NCBI GenBank assembly: GCA_965644315.1
Contig: CBFFRQ010000066.1
Coordinates: forward strand, 496,001-560,000
Reading direction: 5' to 3'
Source: Caecitellus pseudoparvulus
Taxonomy: Eukaryota > Protista > Bigyra: Bicosoecida
Length of the DNA: 64,000 nt
The notes beneath the pieces were generated by a model. It was given only the letters and a program-made list of their open reading frames with translations, had not been told where the DNA came from and did not search any database. Below, in pieces: positions 32,931-46,900 of the stretch (within the stretch, counting starts at the first letter, position 1; each line of letters opens with the position of its first letter). A program made the position numbers and the translations under genes.

Positions 32931-35904
32931 ATGCGAGCGACGCTGGTCGTCCTGGCGTTGGCGGCTGCATCATTGATGCAGTCCGCGGAAGCTGTGGACC
33001 GTTCCAAGTTTCGCACCTGCTCCCAAACCGGCTTCTGCAAGCGCCATCGAAACGTCGAGAGCGAGCCAGTGGTGAGTGTGGAAACGCAAGGGCCTGGAGG
33101 GCGCAGGCGCACTGTCCCCCACATTTTGCACGCAGTTTCGTCTTGATTCGTCTTCGTTGGTGCTGGAGGGGGCGCTCCTGACTGGCAAAGCGCAGAGTGC
33201 AGTCCCCGGCTCGCCTGGCTTCGACTTCAGTGTGCGCTGCATGGCAACTGGCTCTGTCCAGGTGCGCATTGTGGAGGCGGGCATGAAGCCGCGGTGGGAG
33301 TCGCCCGACATTCTGGTCCCGGAAGGGCTTGTATCGGCTGAAGGAGTGGCGCAGGTGGCGTCCACTCACGCTGACGTCGTGGCAGCAGGGGCTAGCGGTG
33401 ATGCCTTCCTGGCGTTCACCTCCGGCGATGGCCAGAAAGTGGTGGTGGCCATCGGCGGCTCCCCTCTGGCCGTGCGCGTGTTTGTGGGGGGTGTTGAAGC
33501 CGTCAGCATCAACTCCATGGGGAAGCTCTATTTTGAGCATCGGCGGCAGCGGGACGGCTCCGCAGCGCGGTCGTTGGAGGAAGGCTCTGCAGGAGCAGGC
33601 CAGGACACCCGCAAGATCCTGGACTGGGGTGAAGACGGCAAACCCATCTACGCAGACGAAGGCGATGTCGCCGAAGCACCAGTCGACGCGCAGGGCAGCA
33701 GTGACGACGGCGCAGGGGCACAGGGCCGAGAACTGGCGGGGCATGATCAAGCCGGCATGTGGGAGGAGTCCTTCGGCAGCCACACGGACACCAAGCCCAA
33801 CGGGCCCATGTCTGTGGGCTCTGACATCTCCTTCCCCTTTGCATCCGCCGTGTACGGCATCCCAGAGCACGCCACAGACCTGGCGCTGAAGCACACTGAC
33901 GGCTCTGCGGGCGGCTACAGCGAGCCGTACCGGCTGTACAACTTGGACGTCTTTGAGTACGAGATGGATAACCCCATGGCACTGTACGGCAGCATTCCCG
34001 TCATGGTGGCGGCGAACGCTGAGGGGCGCGCCGCGGGGGTGTTCTGGAACAACCCAACAGAAACCTTCGTGGACGTGGCCGCCGGCCCGTCTGGTACCGG
34101 CAAGACCAGCCGGTGGATGTCTGAGTCAGGGGTCTTCGACGTGTGGGTGTTGGCTGGCCCCACTGCACACGCTGTCTTCAAGCAGTACGCCAGCATCACT
34201 GGCACGCAAGCGCTCCCGCCCAAGTTCGCCCTGGCATACCACCAGTGCCGCTGGAACTACAAGGATGAAGGGGATGTTGCTGCGGTGGACGCTGGGTTTG
34301 AGGAGCACGACTTCCCCTACGACGTCATCTGGCTCGACATCGAGCACACGGACGGGAAGCGCTACTTCACGTGGGACAAGCACTTGTTCCCCAACCCAGT
34401 GGAGATGCAGAACAAGCTGGCAGCTCGAGGGCACAAGATGGTCACCATCGTGGACCCCCACATCAAGCGCGACAACGCCTATGCCGTGCACTCGGAGGCC
34501 ACATCCAAGGGGCTGTACATCAAGGACAAGCACGGCGGCGACCTGGACGGCTGGTGCTGGCCCGGCTCCTCCTCCTACCTGGACTTCACCGCACCCCATG
34601 TGCGGGAATGGTGGGCCGACCGCTTCTCGCTGGACAACTACCAAGGCAGCACGCTGAACTTGTTCACGTGGAACGACATGAATGAGCCCAGTGTGTTCAA
34701 CGGCCCAGAGGTCAGCATGGACAAGGACGCCTTGTCACTGGCGGGTGTCGAGCACAGGGAGTGGCACAACATGTACGGCTTCTACCAGCAGTGGGCTACA
34801 GGCCGGGGCCAGGTGAAGCGCAACGAGAATGAAGAGGCTGCCCGCCCCTTTGTCCTCACCCGCGCCTTTTCAGCGGGCTCCCAGCGCATGGGGGCCATCT
34901 GGACGGGCGACAACGCGGCAGAGTGGGACCACCTTCGCGCCAGCGTGCCCATGCTGCTGACCATCAACATTGCAGGGCAGCACTTCGCGGGTGCCGACGT
35001 GGGTGGCTTCTTTGGAAACCCCGATGCCGAGTTGCTGACGCGGTGGTACCAAGCTGGCGCGTACCAGCCCTTTTTCCGCGCCCACGCCCACATTGACACC
35101 AAGCGCCGTGAGCCGTGGCTGTTCGGAGAGGAGACGCTGCAGCGCCTGCGTGCCGTCACCAGGGAGCGCTACGCTTTGCTGCCTCTGTGGTACACGGTGT
35201 TTTATCAGTCCCACGTCCACGGCCTGCCAGTCATGCGCCCCTTGTGGGTTGAGTTCCCAGGGGACGCAGCGCTGCTCTCGGAGCAGGGTGCGTGGATGGT
35301 TGGGGACGCACTGCTTGTGGCTCCCGTCATGCACCAAGGTGCCTCGTCGGTGAAGGTGCCGTTCCCAGGCTCTGGCACCCAATGGTACGACGTACGCAGC
35401 TTCCAGGCCTTCCAGGGGGGCGTGGCTCAGGTCGTGCAGGCGCCACTGGACACCGTCCCTGTGTTCCAGCGGAGCGGCACCATCGTGCCGAGGCAGGAAC
35501 GGCCTCGCCGCTCGTCAGCCCTCATGGCTAACGACCCGTACACGCTCACCATCGCGCCTTCCTCGGCAGGCAGTGCGTCGGGTCAGGTGTTCATGGACGA
35601 TGGCGAGTCTTTCGCCTTCACGAACGGCGCCTTTTCCTTGCTGTCCCTCGCGTACGCCAACGCAGGCAGCGAAGCGACCCTGACTGCGAGTGTTGTGGAT
35701 GGCGGTGTGGGCTTCCAGCCCTCCAACTCCGTTGAGCGCATCCGCATCTTGGGCGTGGAGCGCGCACCCTCCGCTGTTACCTCCACCTCCGGCACGCACA
35801 CAGCCGCAGTCACTTTTGCATTCGACAGCGCAAGCGGAGTTCTGACCCTGCGCAAGCCTGTGGAGGTGCTGGCCAGCAGCTGGAACATCAAGATCTCTTG
35901 GTAA
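32931..35904 (+). CDS. GANAB: Glucosidase II alpha subunit (GH31)
   Basis: Signal peptide + VDRSKFRTCSQTGFCKR; intron 33072-33135; PYRLYNLDVFEY, WNDMNEPSVF, WTGDN and FFRAHAHIDTKRREPW. Confidence 0.96.
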
Positions 35905-35975
35905 GCAAGCCTCTGCAATGCATTGCGGGTGAGGTCGGCGGCACTCTCGACATTATCAATGGCCAGCAGGGCGCA

Positions 35976-37512
35976 CTAGCGGCCCGAGCACACCTTGGCG
36001 CGCACATCACTGAGGCGGCTCTTGGCGGCAGCCCCTCGGAAGCGACCCCGGTACTCAGAAGTGGGAGCCTTGAGCAGGGAGGGGTCAGCTGGGTACCGCA
36101 TGTTGCTGAACATGGGGTTGTCAGGGGAGATGAACCGCCGGCTCCAAGCTGCAGGGCGCGAGAATGACCCAGGCGCAGTCTCCACGACGCCTTTCCCATG
36201 TGCCTCCTGCTGCGCAACGTGGCGGGCGTACCGGGCTGAAGCCTGTGGCACCGGGCCTGTGCTGTACGTCACAAAGGTGCGGCTGAGGGCGGTGGCCGCA
36301 GCCGCCAGCTCCTTGGGGTGCCTCGCTGCACGCGAGTCTGGGCTGTCTGGCACTGTTACTGGCATGGTCAGATCCAGCGTGCTGGCCTGCTGAGCCCGCT
36401 GGCTGTGCCTCGTAGAGCAAGGCACGGGCGGCTCAGGCACAAGGCCCGGGACGATGGGAGTCGCCTGCCGAGGCGGCGCAGGGGCGTGCACCGCAAGCGG
36501 AGTGGTCGGGAGCACACCATGGGATCCCAGCGTGCTTTGTGTCGCCGCTGCAGCAGCTGCTCGGGCCCTGGCGGAAGGTGGTTTGGGCGGTGTCCACACA
36601 CGCTCTGGCAGCACTCGACCTGCACTTCTGACTGGCGCCTGCTGAGCCTGAGAGGCGGTGTCAGGCTGTGTGGCATAAAAGGCACCCATAAACTCCTCAG
36701 ACTCTGCCATGCACTTGGGCTGCGTGGGCGGGGGCGCATGGCCTTCAAGTTTGCTCGGAGTCGTTTCAGGTGCAGGCAGCTTGTCCAAGTTCAGCGGTGG
36801 CACACCCATGGAGCAGGCGTTTCGCTGCGACGTGCGGAACGAACGCTTCGCGCACTGTGAAGGACTGGAGGCAATTGCAATGCTTTGTATAGTCGCTGGT
36901 GCTTGCGTGTTCTCAGCATGGAACGTGCGCCTGCTGCTGCATCGAGGCTCAGGGGAGACTGCAGGTGACACCATGCGCCTCAGCGCGTGGGCTGTGGGCG
37001 ACTGCACAGGGTGTGGATCAGCTACGGCTGGTGAAGACTGCAGCGAAATCTTCCGTGCAGTGTCCAGGGCTTTGGCATGCCGCCGAGCGGTGGCCGCTAG
37101 CTGGGGTCCTGGGCTGCTCGCCTCGACCACCCGGGGGTTGCCAGGCTCAGAGAGAGGCGAGGCCAGTGCAACGGCACTGGGCTTGTCAACCTTGAATTTG
37201 AAGGGGACAAACGATGTGGCTGATGTTGTACTCCACTGTGATGCGTCATGGCAAGCGCAGGGAGGGGAAGAATGCGGTGCTGGCGTTACGCTGAAACGCT
37301 AACGTCCGCAATCGCACCCTTTCGTTGCCTTGCTGCGGGAAATCCTGAAGAAGCGCGGAAAGGTGATCAACACTGTTCTTAATTCTAAAAACCCCAATGC
37401 GGGTGCGCTCCACAATGCGCTCCGAGCTCTCTGGCATGGCGTCCACCCCGCGCTGCTGGTCTGGTGCTTCACGAGCTGGGCTCTGCATTGCTGCGTTGTC
37501 CCGTTGGCTGTT
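35976..37512 (-). CDS. Hypothetical low-complexity protein
   Basis: 384-codon ORF plus a possible upstream exon; no family recognised. Confidence 0.35.
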
Positions 37513-37991
37513 GCTGAAGGCGAAAGCTGTGGAGGATAGCATACCCAACTTCACAGCAGACTGTTCCTGTGCTCTGAATGAGTATGGCTGAATTTGTCGC
37601 CACCTTCCAACTTGCAAGCAGGCTGGACAAGACCATCTGCAGTGTGTGGTCAGCCCGAAACCTGTGCCAAATTAAATACGTGCCCAGTAAGGGAGCTGCG
37701 CACATTCAGGTATGACCTGCAAGGTGGCACTCTGAGATCATTTCGGCACCACCTGACGCCAGCTGCATCAGCCCCCTCAAAGTGCGAAGTGACCTGCGTT
37801 GCCAAGTGCCTCCGACGGCAATCACAGACTCTCCAAGTGCTGGCTTCCCGCGTGAGCCTTGACAACTTCTAAGTGCTGTCTGTAGCTGCAGGCTCTTTGC
37901 TTCTTCTCCCCCAGCCGCGTGTGCTTCTGCTGCGCTTCATTCTTGAAACGCAAGGCTGAAACGCAGGCCTGTGGCCACCACACAATAAAGC

Positions 37992-40900
37992 ATGCGGCGG
38001 GAACTGTCGTTCGCGAGAATACCCGCCCTCCTCATTTCGTGCTCTCTTGTGATCGAGGCCTCCTCCGCTGCCGCGACTGTCTCAGTTGGGCTCCCGGAGC
38101 ACCTCATCCTTAGTGAAGCCCGTGGCTCGTACTCGTACGAAGTGCAGCTCCTGCGCGAGCCTGCAAGCAATGTCAGCGTCCGCCTGCACTGGCAAACGAG
38201 CCCTGCAGGGATGAACGTGACATTTCAACCAAGTGAACTCACCTTTCGCCGCTTATCTTGGCAAGAGCCTCAAAGTGTGTCCTTGTTCGTTGGGAACGAC
38301 AACGCTGCCTCGCATGCCGGGCAGTGGACGGCAACGTTGACACACCTTGTGGACAGCAATGACACGCAGTTCCAGGACGCAAACGTGGAGCCTGGGCAGC
38401 CTACTCTAATTTCAGTTCAAGATGACGACTTGCCTTCTATCCTTGTTGATCCTCCCCCACCGTTCTTGCTGGAAGGTTCCTCCACTTCGTACAGCCTTGC
38501 TCTTGCAGCTGCACCCGCCACGGGGAATGTGCTGGTTACCGCCGCAGTGGCAAGTAACGTAAGTGTCTCCTTGACACCTTCGTGGCTTTCGTTTGGCCCG
38601 GGTAACTGGAGCGTGCCACAGGCGGTGTCTGTGTCAAGCAGCGTGGACTTCGTGGCGCGGGGCAAGCTGAGGGCTTCCATCCACCACACGCTCTCAGCTT
38701 CTGAACTCTCTGGCTATGATGGCGCACCTTTTCTGCCCTCTGGAGATTTCATTTTAGATGTACTTGACGTGGACCGAGCAGGTGTGTCGCTCTCCGCCTC
38801 TTTTGTGTCTGTCGTTGAGGAGCAGTTCAACGCAACGTACACGGTGAGCTTGACTTCCAAGCCCCTGCACCCTGTAGTCATTGATCTGGCTGCTGTGGGA
38901 TCCACAAGCAATGGGACCGTTGTTGATGGATCATTACAAGCCCCAGGCAGCAGTGCCCTGATCATCACGCCCCCGAGCATTATCGTGCACCCTGACTCTT
39001 GGGAAACTGCTCGCATCGTCACAGTGGCCATGCCGCCAAGTGCCGGCGCTGATGGCACCATGGCCTTCCACATTCTCCACACCGCTCAAAGCCTTGATCT
39101 TGCTTATGGCGGGGGGCAGCATGTCTTCCTTCCCTCGCCAGCAGTCCATGTCTCTGCGTTCGACGCCCACAGCCGGGCAATCGTCGTGAACTGCTCCCTG
39201 CTCGTGCTCGAGGAGGGCAGCCCTGGCGTGGCAAGCGTCCGGCTTGCATCGCTCCCCGTGCACAGCGTGCACGTCAACATGTCCCTTTCTTCCCTTGTGC
39301 CCGTGACGCTTTCCCCTAATTGGCTAGTCTTCACCCGTGAGAACTGGAGTGCCCCGCAGACCGTAACTGTAAAGGTCTCAGCAGGCGCCGTGGGGAGCAA
39401 TGAGGAGAGTGCTGACGTAATGTTTCATGTCACCAGTGAAGATCCGGGTTATGCCTCTGCCGCCATCCTGCCGGCTGATCGTGTGCGCCTCCAACTCGCT
39501 CGGAGGCAGCAAGCGGCGCTGCTCCTGCCAACCCCAGACATGTATGTCGAGGAGGGTTCCGAGACCGCCTACGCTCTTCAATTGACATCACAGCCTGCAG
39601 AGATCTTCCATGTGGCGGTGCAGGTTCAAGACCAACTTGGGCTTGTGCGTGTGACCCCCGAGTCTGTGGCAGTGTCCCCTCACCTGTGGCAGCAGCCACT
39701 TCACTTCGTATTGCATGCAGATGTCGACGGCGTGCAGACAGTGCCACCACTCCGCCTTGTCAACGTGTCTCATGTTGTTGTTCCAGCGAATGCGTCCCAC
39801 CTCGCTCCCGTTGCAAGGCCGAATGGTGGGCGCCTGAGACTGTGGGTTTTCGACGCAGACACTGCCTGCACACGTCCCTGCCCTGCTGGCCAGTACACAG
39901 TCTCTGAAAACGGCTTGCCACTGTGTCGGCAGTGCCCTCCCGGGCACGGGTGTCCAGGTGCATGCCAGCTCCCTCAGGCCTGCTCTCCAGGGACTGCAGC
40001 TCAAGCATCTGCCAATGGGAGCGCTTCATCCTGTACGCCGTGTGAGGCGGGGTCATTCACCATCACTAGCGGGTCAGACATGTGCTCTCCTTGTCCAGCA
40101 GGCCACTCCTGCGCAAACGCGTCGTCAGTACCTCTGCCATGCCCTGTAGGGTCCTTTGCAAGCGAAGGGAATGGGACGTGCCTACCTTGTCCGCCGGGGC
40201 ATTCGTGTCTCGCCGCCACCTCGTCCCCGCAGCTCTGCCCGACAGGCACGTACTCTTTGAACGGGACTGGATTTTGCTTGCCATGCCCCCTTGGCATGGC
40301 TTGTCCGCTTCCGTTTGCCTTGCCTTCTTTGTGTCCAAAGGGATCCGCATCTCCAGCAGGGTCTTCCGTGTGCACTGCATGTGAGCCTGGAACATACGCC
40401 GCTGTAGAGGGTGCAAGCGCCTGCACCCTGTGCCCTGCAGGGCATGCGTGTTCCAATGCGACACGCCCTCCAACCGCTTGCGAACCAGGCTCATTTGCAG
40501 GTGCAGGCCAGTTGGCGTGCCAAGTGTGCGCTGCCGGCAGCTACGCCAACACTTCTGGGCAAGCCACTTGCAGCCAATGCCCCCCCGGGTACATGTGTTC
40601 AGGAGCCCAAATCAGCCCCCGTCTGTGCCCCAGAGGAAGGTGGTCAAGTGGTTCGATGCTCACATGCAGCTTCTGTGACGCTGGTATGTTTCCAGACCCG
40701 GCGCAAACGTCCTGCCTTGTCTGTCCGAGCGGGCACATGTGCCCGGTGGGTGTCTCGGAGCCCGAGGCTTGCCCTCCTGGCACACACTCTAACGGCAGCG
40801 CTCCGGGGCAAACCTGCGAAGCATGTTTGCCGGGACATTTTTGCCCTGGAGTGGCGGCACCTCAGCAAGGGTGCCCGGGCAACTCGTTCAGCAGCGAAGC

Positions 40901-43900
40901 CGGAGCTGCGGCCTGCACCGCATGTCCGCTGGGTGCAGAGTGTTTGGATGTGGCCCAGGACCCTGTCCCGTGCACCCAAGGCAGCCATCGATCTGCCGAT
41001 TTCATGCTGAACTGTCAAGAATGCCCAGCTGGGTATGCATGCGGGGACCCAAGTCAGACACCCCTGCCATGTCAGCAAGGGACTTACGCGGCAGGCAACT
41101 CCACAGCCTGCTTGGCATGCCCGCCAGGGTTTAGCTGCAGTGCCGAGGCAGTGCTCGGAGCGTGCGCACCAGGGACTGCATGGGACGGGATGGTAACGTG
41201 CCGCACGTGTCAAGCAGGGCAGGCTTGTGCAGGCGGAGCGTCGCTTCCAATTTCCTGCCCTCCTGGGACGCACGCGGCTCTGCCTGGGTCCACAGAGTGC
41301 AGCTCGTGCCCAGCGGGGTCATCGTGCCCAGTCCCCACGCTCGCGCCTACATCTTGCATGCCTGGAACGTATAGCACTGGCGGGAGCACAGCATGCACGG
41401 TGTGTCCTGCCGGGCATTTTTGCTCTGACCCGACAGCAGCCATTGTGACCCCATGTCCATCAGGCAGTTATGCAATTCCCGGCCAAGCGGCTTGTACTAG
41501 TTGCCCGCCTGGCCATGCGTGCCCCTATACCACAGTGGCTTTAGAGATAGCCTGTGCTCCTGGCACGTATGCAAGTGGGGGTTCAAGTGTGTGTTCGCAG
41601 TGCCCAGCGGGCTTTGCATGCCTCGACACGGTGGGGGCGGCCATCATCCGCTGCCCTGCCGGTTACTTCTCCAGTCCAGGCAGCACGTCCTGCACAGTGT
41701 GCCCATCAGGGTTCGTATGCAATGGCACGGCCAGCGGGGGTGCGTTCGGGTACAGCTGTCCTGCCGGAACCTTGGCTCGAAATGGTACTTCATGTCAGCA
41801 ATGCCCACCAGGTTGGGCTTGCCCGCTACCTGATGGCACAGGCATGCAGCCTTGCCCTGCTGGAAAGTACTCCTTGGGGGGTGCATCATCGTGCACCACT
41901 TGTCCTGCAGGCTTTGCTTGCCCTTCCACTGTCGAAGCAGTGACAATGCCTTGCCCGCCAGGCAGCTTTTCGACCGGTGGCGCCTCAGTGTGCACCGCCT
42001 GTCCTGCAGGGTTTGCCTGCCCGACAAACACCTCCAGTCCAGTGCCATGTTCCGCAGGCACTTACAGCTTGGGAGCATCTCGCTCGTGCACTATCTGCCC
42101 GGAAGGGCATGTATGCCCTGCTGCGTCTGTTGGCGTCTCGCCAGTGCCCTGCCCTGCCGGCACGTGGGCAGGCAACGGCAGCAGCGTCTGCCACACTGCA
42201 AGCCCAGGGCATGTCCCGCAGAGTGGCGCATCTGCACCAAATTCCTCCAACTCCCAAGTTGGTGTGGGGTTCTACACGGCGCGGAATCCCACTGTCTCGG
42301 AATGGTTTGCTTTGGAGGCACGACCCTGCGCTGCCGGCAGGTACGGTACTCGGGCAGGTGCAGGGTCTGAGGAGGTGGGCTGCACACTGACTTGTGAAGC
42401 CGGGAACTTTTGTCCTCCGGGAACGGCTTCGGGTGACCAGGTAGACTGCCCTGCTGGCTTCTTCTGCCCCCCTGGCAGCGGGTCTCCGACCGCCTGTCCA
42501 GCAGGCCGATTTAGCTCTCTGCTCCGCGCAACAGCGTTAGCAAACTGCACGCTTTGCACGGCTGGATCATTTTGCAGTGGGCCAGGGAGCACGTCTACTG
42601 AGCCCTGCCCGGCAGGGTACGTCTGCCCGCCTGGCTCCGCGGATGCCACACGCATGGCTTGCCCCGCTGGAACGTACCTTCCCACGCAAAGCAGTTCAGC
42701 GCTCAGCGAGTGCTTGGCTTGCCCTGCAGGGTCGTTTTGCCCCGTCGCTTCTGCAAGCCCACTACCTTGTGTGGTAGGAACATACTCAGCGAAGGAGGGC
42801 CTCTCCATGTCCCAGCAGTGCACCCCCTGTCTGCCTGGGCAGGTCTGCTCTGCGCGAGGTCTGCTTGAACCGGACGGAGCATGCGCACCAGGGCACTACT
42901 GCCCGCAGGGCTCTGGAGCTGCCTTCGACTATGCCTGTCCTGCAGGGACTTTCTCCAACGCAGCAAACCTATCTTCCGCCGAGCAGTGTGACATCTGCCC
43001 GGCAGGCTTTGCATGCAGGGCAGGAACCGGAGGGGGCGCCCCTCCGCGACGCTGCTCGCCAGGTCACTTCTGCCCTGCGGGCTCTATTGGTGTCACTCAG
43101 GAGCGTTGCCCGCCTGGGACGTACAGTCCCGACCAGGGACTATTTGCCTCTTCGCAGTGCGCGGTGTGCCCAGCTGGGCAGTTCTGCCGAGGGGGAGGGG
43201 CATCTCCTGACGGTGTCTGTCCGCAAGGGCACTTCTGCCCAGAACGCACCTTTGAGCCGCGGCGACACCCATGCCCAGGGGGAACCTTCAACGACCGGTT
43301 TGGGATGACTTCCATGGCGAACTGCACCGCTTGCCCTGCAGGCCATTTTTGCAGCGTAGGGTCAGTGGGTCCGGCGCCCTGTCCCCCGGGGTCCTACGGA
43401 AACCAAACTGGGTTGCTGACAGGCAGCTGGTGGAGTGGTTCTGATGCTGCCTGCAAGCGTTGCCCAGCAGGCTACTTCTGCGCCAGTGCTAGCGTCGAGC
43501 CGCAGATCTGCATGGCAGGAACGTACAGTCCGCAGAACTCCTCTGAATGCTTGCCGTGCCTGGCTGGGCACGCCTGCTACGCCCAGGGCATCAGCGAGGA
43601 GACCATGCTTGTGGACCTTCGCTGCCCTGCTGGGCTATTTTGCAGAGCTGGAGCTGACATGCAGCCAACTGCAGAGAACTTCAACTGCACAGCTGGGCAT
43701 TTCTGCCCTGAAGCAACGCACAGAGAAATACCGTGCCCGCCTGGCACCTTCGCGCAACAGCCGGGCTCGTTAGCCTGCGATCCTTGCCCACCGGGCGGTT
43801 TCTGCCTTGAAGGTGCTGATGCCGTAAGCGGGCCCTGCGCCCCAGGCTACTATTGTCCTCAAGGCAGCACTTCTGCAGATGCCGAATGGTGCCCCGCGGG

Positions 43901-46900
43901 GACGTACATGCCTTGGTCGGGCTCATCTGACGTAGAGGAGTGCTTGTTGTGCCCGGCCGGCTTCTTCTGCCGGTCAGGAACGGTTGATCCAGGCACGTGC
44001 CCTCAGGGCGCCTTTTGCCCGGAAGCATCCACTGAGCCTTCCCTTTGCCCCCTTGGAACGTTTGGCAACGCGAGTGGGCTCACAGCTGAGTCACAGTGCC
44101 ATCTTTGCTTGCCGGGCATGTTCTGCGACACACCTGGCCTCACTTCACCCGCGGGGCTCTGCGACCCGGGCCATTTCTGCACGTCAGGCAGCATGACTCC
44201 CGCCCCCTCCTCTCCAGGTCCACCTTGGCTTTCAGCTCAAGCATCCTTTGGTGGAATCTGCCCTCGAGGTGGCTTCTGTCCGGCAGGGTCGTGGGAGCCC
44301 CAGCCGTGCCCCATGGGGACGTTTTCAAACGTCTCAGGGGCAGCAAACAACGAAGATTGCCAGCGCTGCCTCCCCGGCTACTTCTGTGCATCTACAGCCA
44401 TTCCTGAGCCGACAGGTCCATGCGAGCCTGGGTACTACTGTGACATCGGCGCCAACTCCTCGAAGCAACATATTGCCCCAGCTGGAACCTTCACGGGTAT
44501 CGCTGCAGCCGCCCCAGTGCCATGCCCTCCTGGCTCTTTCTCTAGCTCAACGGGTCGACGTGAATGCGAGTTGTGCCCGGCAGGTATGCACTGCCCGGTG
44601 CCCGGCATGTCAGCCCCCTTTGCGTGCCCTGCCGGAACATACTGCCAAGAGGGCGCTGAAGCCCCTGTTCTCTGCCCAGCAGGTACGTATGGAGCAAATA
44701 AAGTGGCCAAGAATATATCCATGTGTGAAGCGTGTCCACCAGGGCGATACTGCCCCACCTCTGGCCTGACTGCACCTGGACCCCCCTGCTCGGCAGGCTA
44801 CGTGTGCACGCTGGGAGCAAGTGTAGCCGACCCAGACGACCTTGCCTCAGGGCGGCTTTGTCCTATGGGCCACTATTGCCCTACGGGCAGTTGGAGGCCT
44901 CTTCCCTGTACTGCTGGCTTCTTCAACCCTCAAGAGGGCTCCACGTCCAGCGTGGCATGCGTGCCTTGTCCACCGGGGCAGCACTGCAATCGCTCTGGGC
45001 TGGCGGAGCCCACCGGGCTCTGTGCTGCGGGCTTCTTCTGTGGAGCAGCGGCGCCAAGCGCTGCCCCCTTACCGTCCAATAGTACGTCCGACAACTATGG
45101 CGGTTGCCCGGTGGGCCACTTTTGCCCAGTTGGCACAGAAGCACCACGTCCATGCCCGGCAGGCTCCTTCTCAAACGAGAGCTTCCGTGAAGTATGTAGG
45201 CACTGCCCAGCTGGTTACTTCTGTGATGGAATGTCACCTAGTGAACCAGAAGAGTGTGAGCAAGGCTATGCCTGCCCCTCAGGCTCGACGAGCGGCCGGC
45301 AGCTACCATGCCTGCCCGGCACGTACGGGGCTAGTGGAAAGCTTCACAGCCTAGATGAGTGCACAGTGTGTCCTGCAGGACGCTTCTGTGCGGCATATGG
45401 CCAGGTTCAACCTGGGCCGCTTTGCCTTGCAGGCTTTCTTTGTCACGCGGGCAGCATTTCTCAGTACGGCGAGAACAGGTCACATGCAGCCCCTTCGCAT
45501 TGTCCTCCTGGGCACTACTGCCCGACAGGGGCCATCGCTGCAACTCCATGTCCACCTGGCACGTTCAGCCCGACGCAAGGCAACGATCACTCTGGCCAGT
45601 GCCGATGGTGTCCGCCTGGGCACTTCTGCCCCTCATCCGGCGCTTCATCCCCGGCAGGGCGCTGTGCTGCGGGGTGGTTCTGCACACTTGGCGCATCATC
45701 ACCGACACCCACTGGACTGATAAGGAACATGACGACGTTTAGAAGCACATTGCCCCCGTTCAACTCCTCCGGTGCTGCCTTGGCGCTCGTGGATGTTGGC
45801 GGGAACCTTTGCCCAGTCGGCCACTACTGCTTGGAAGGCTCGGCCCAGCCAGAAGAGTGTCCTGCAGGCACTTTTGCATCAGAGACCGGAAGAGGTGAGG
45901 AGTGCAGCGCATGTGGGGCTGGATTCTTTTGCCCGAGGGGTTCAGCTCGTGGGGACCTGCACGAGTGTCCTGCTGGACACGTCTGCCCACAAGGAACAGC
46001 GTTTGGAACACAGTTCCCTTGCCCACCCGGAACTTACAATAATCGGACAGCACAAGGAAATTTCAGCGTCGGGTGTGCCAAGTGTCCCGGCGGCAGGTAC
46101 TGTGAGGCTTCGGGACTCGTGTCTCCTACAGGGCTGTGTGATGAGGGGTTCTTCTGCTTGGAGGGCTCACGTAGCCGCAGCCCTGCACCTGGGGAGACAT
46201 ACGGTCCATGCACCGCAGGGGATGCCTGCCCAGCGGGTACCGCGAGCCCAATTCCTTGTGTGGGTGGGTCCTTCTGCGTCGGAGGTGATGCGATTCCGGC
46301 AGGGCCGTGTGCTGCAGGGTACTTCTGTATCCAAGGTGCGTCAACACCCACGCCCGTCGGCTCCTACAACGCCTTCGGGCTGATTGGAGATGTGTGCCCG
46401 CCAGGTGCGTTTTGCCCTGAAGGCTCCATCTCCCCTCGCTTGTGCGCCCCTGGGACGGCCAATCCTTCGCCTGCAGCGACTGCTGCCTCAGCATGCAGAG
46501 CATGCCCCGCCGGCTTTGCGTGTAGCGATGCCGGCCTTGCTAGCAACTTGACACTGTGCGAGGCAGGACGCTACTGCCCAAAGGGCACGAACGCCTCTGG
46601 TGTTCTGTGCCCGGCTGGTCACAGCTGCCCCACCGGGGCGGCAGCGCCGCAGCCCTGCCAGCCGGGGACGTTCGCCCCGGATCGCGGGTCGGCGGTGTGC
46701 CTTCCCTGCCCTGCAGGTAGGCTCTGCAACTTGACAGCAACTACCATCCCCGCCCTATGCCCGGCAGGCGCAGTATGTGCTGAAGGGACCCATGATGCGT
46801 CGGCGTCAATGTGCCCTACCGGAACGTTCAGTCCCGCAACTGGCCTGGTCAACACCAGTCAGTGCTTGCCTTGTCCGGGTGGGAAGTATTGCGGAGTGCC

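Noticed and set aside
1-37900. Many long overlapping or antisense ORFs in the ORF track
   Set aside because: Expected shadow ORFs in high-GC DNA; Arg/Ala/Pro-rich with no motifs.
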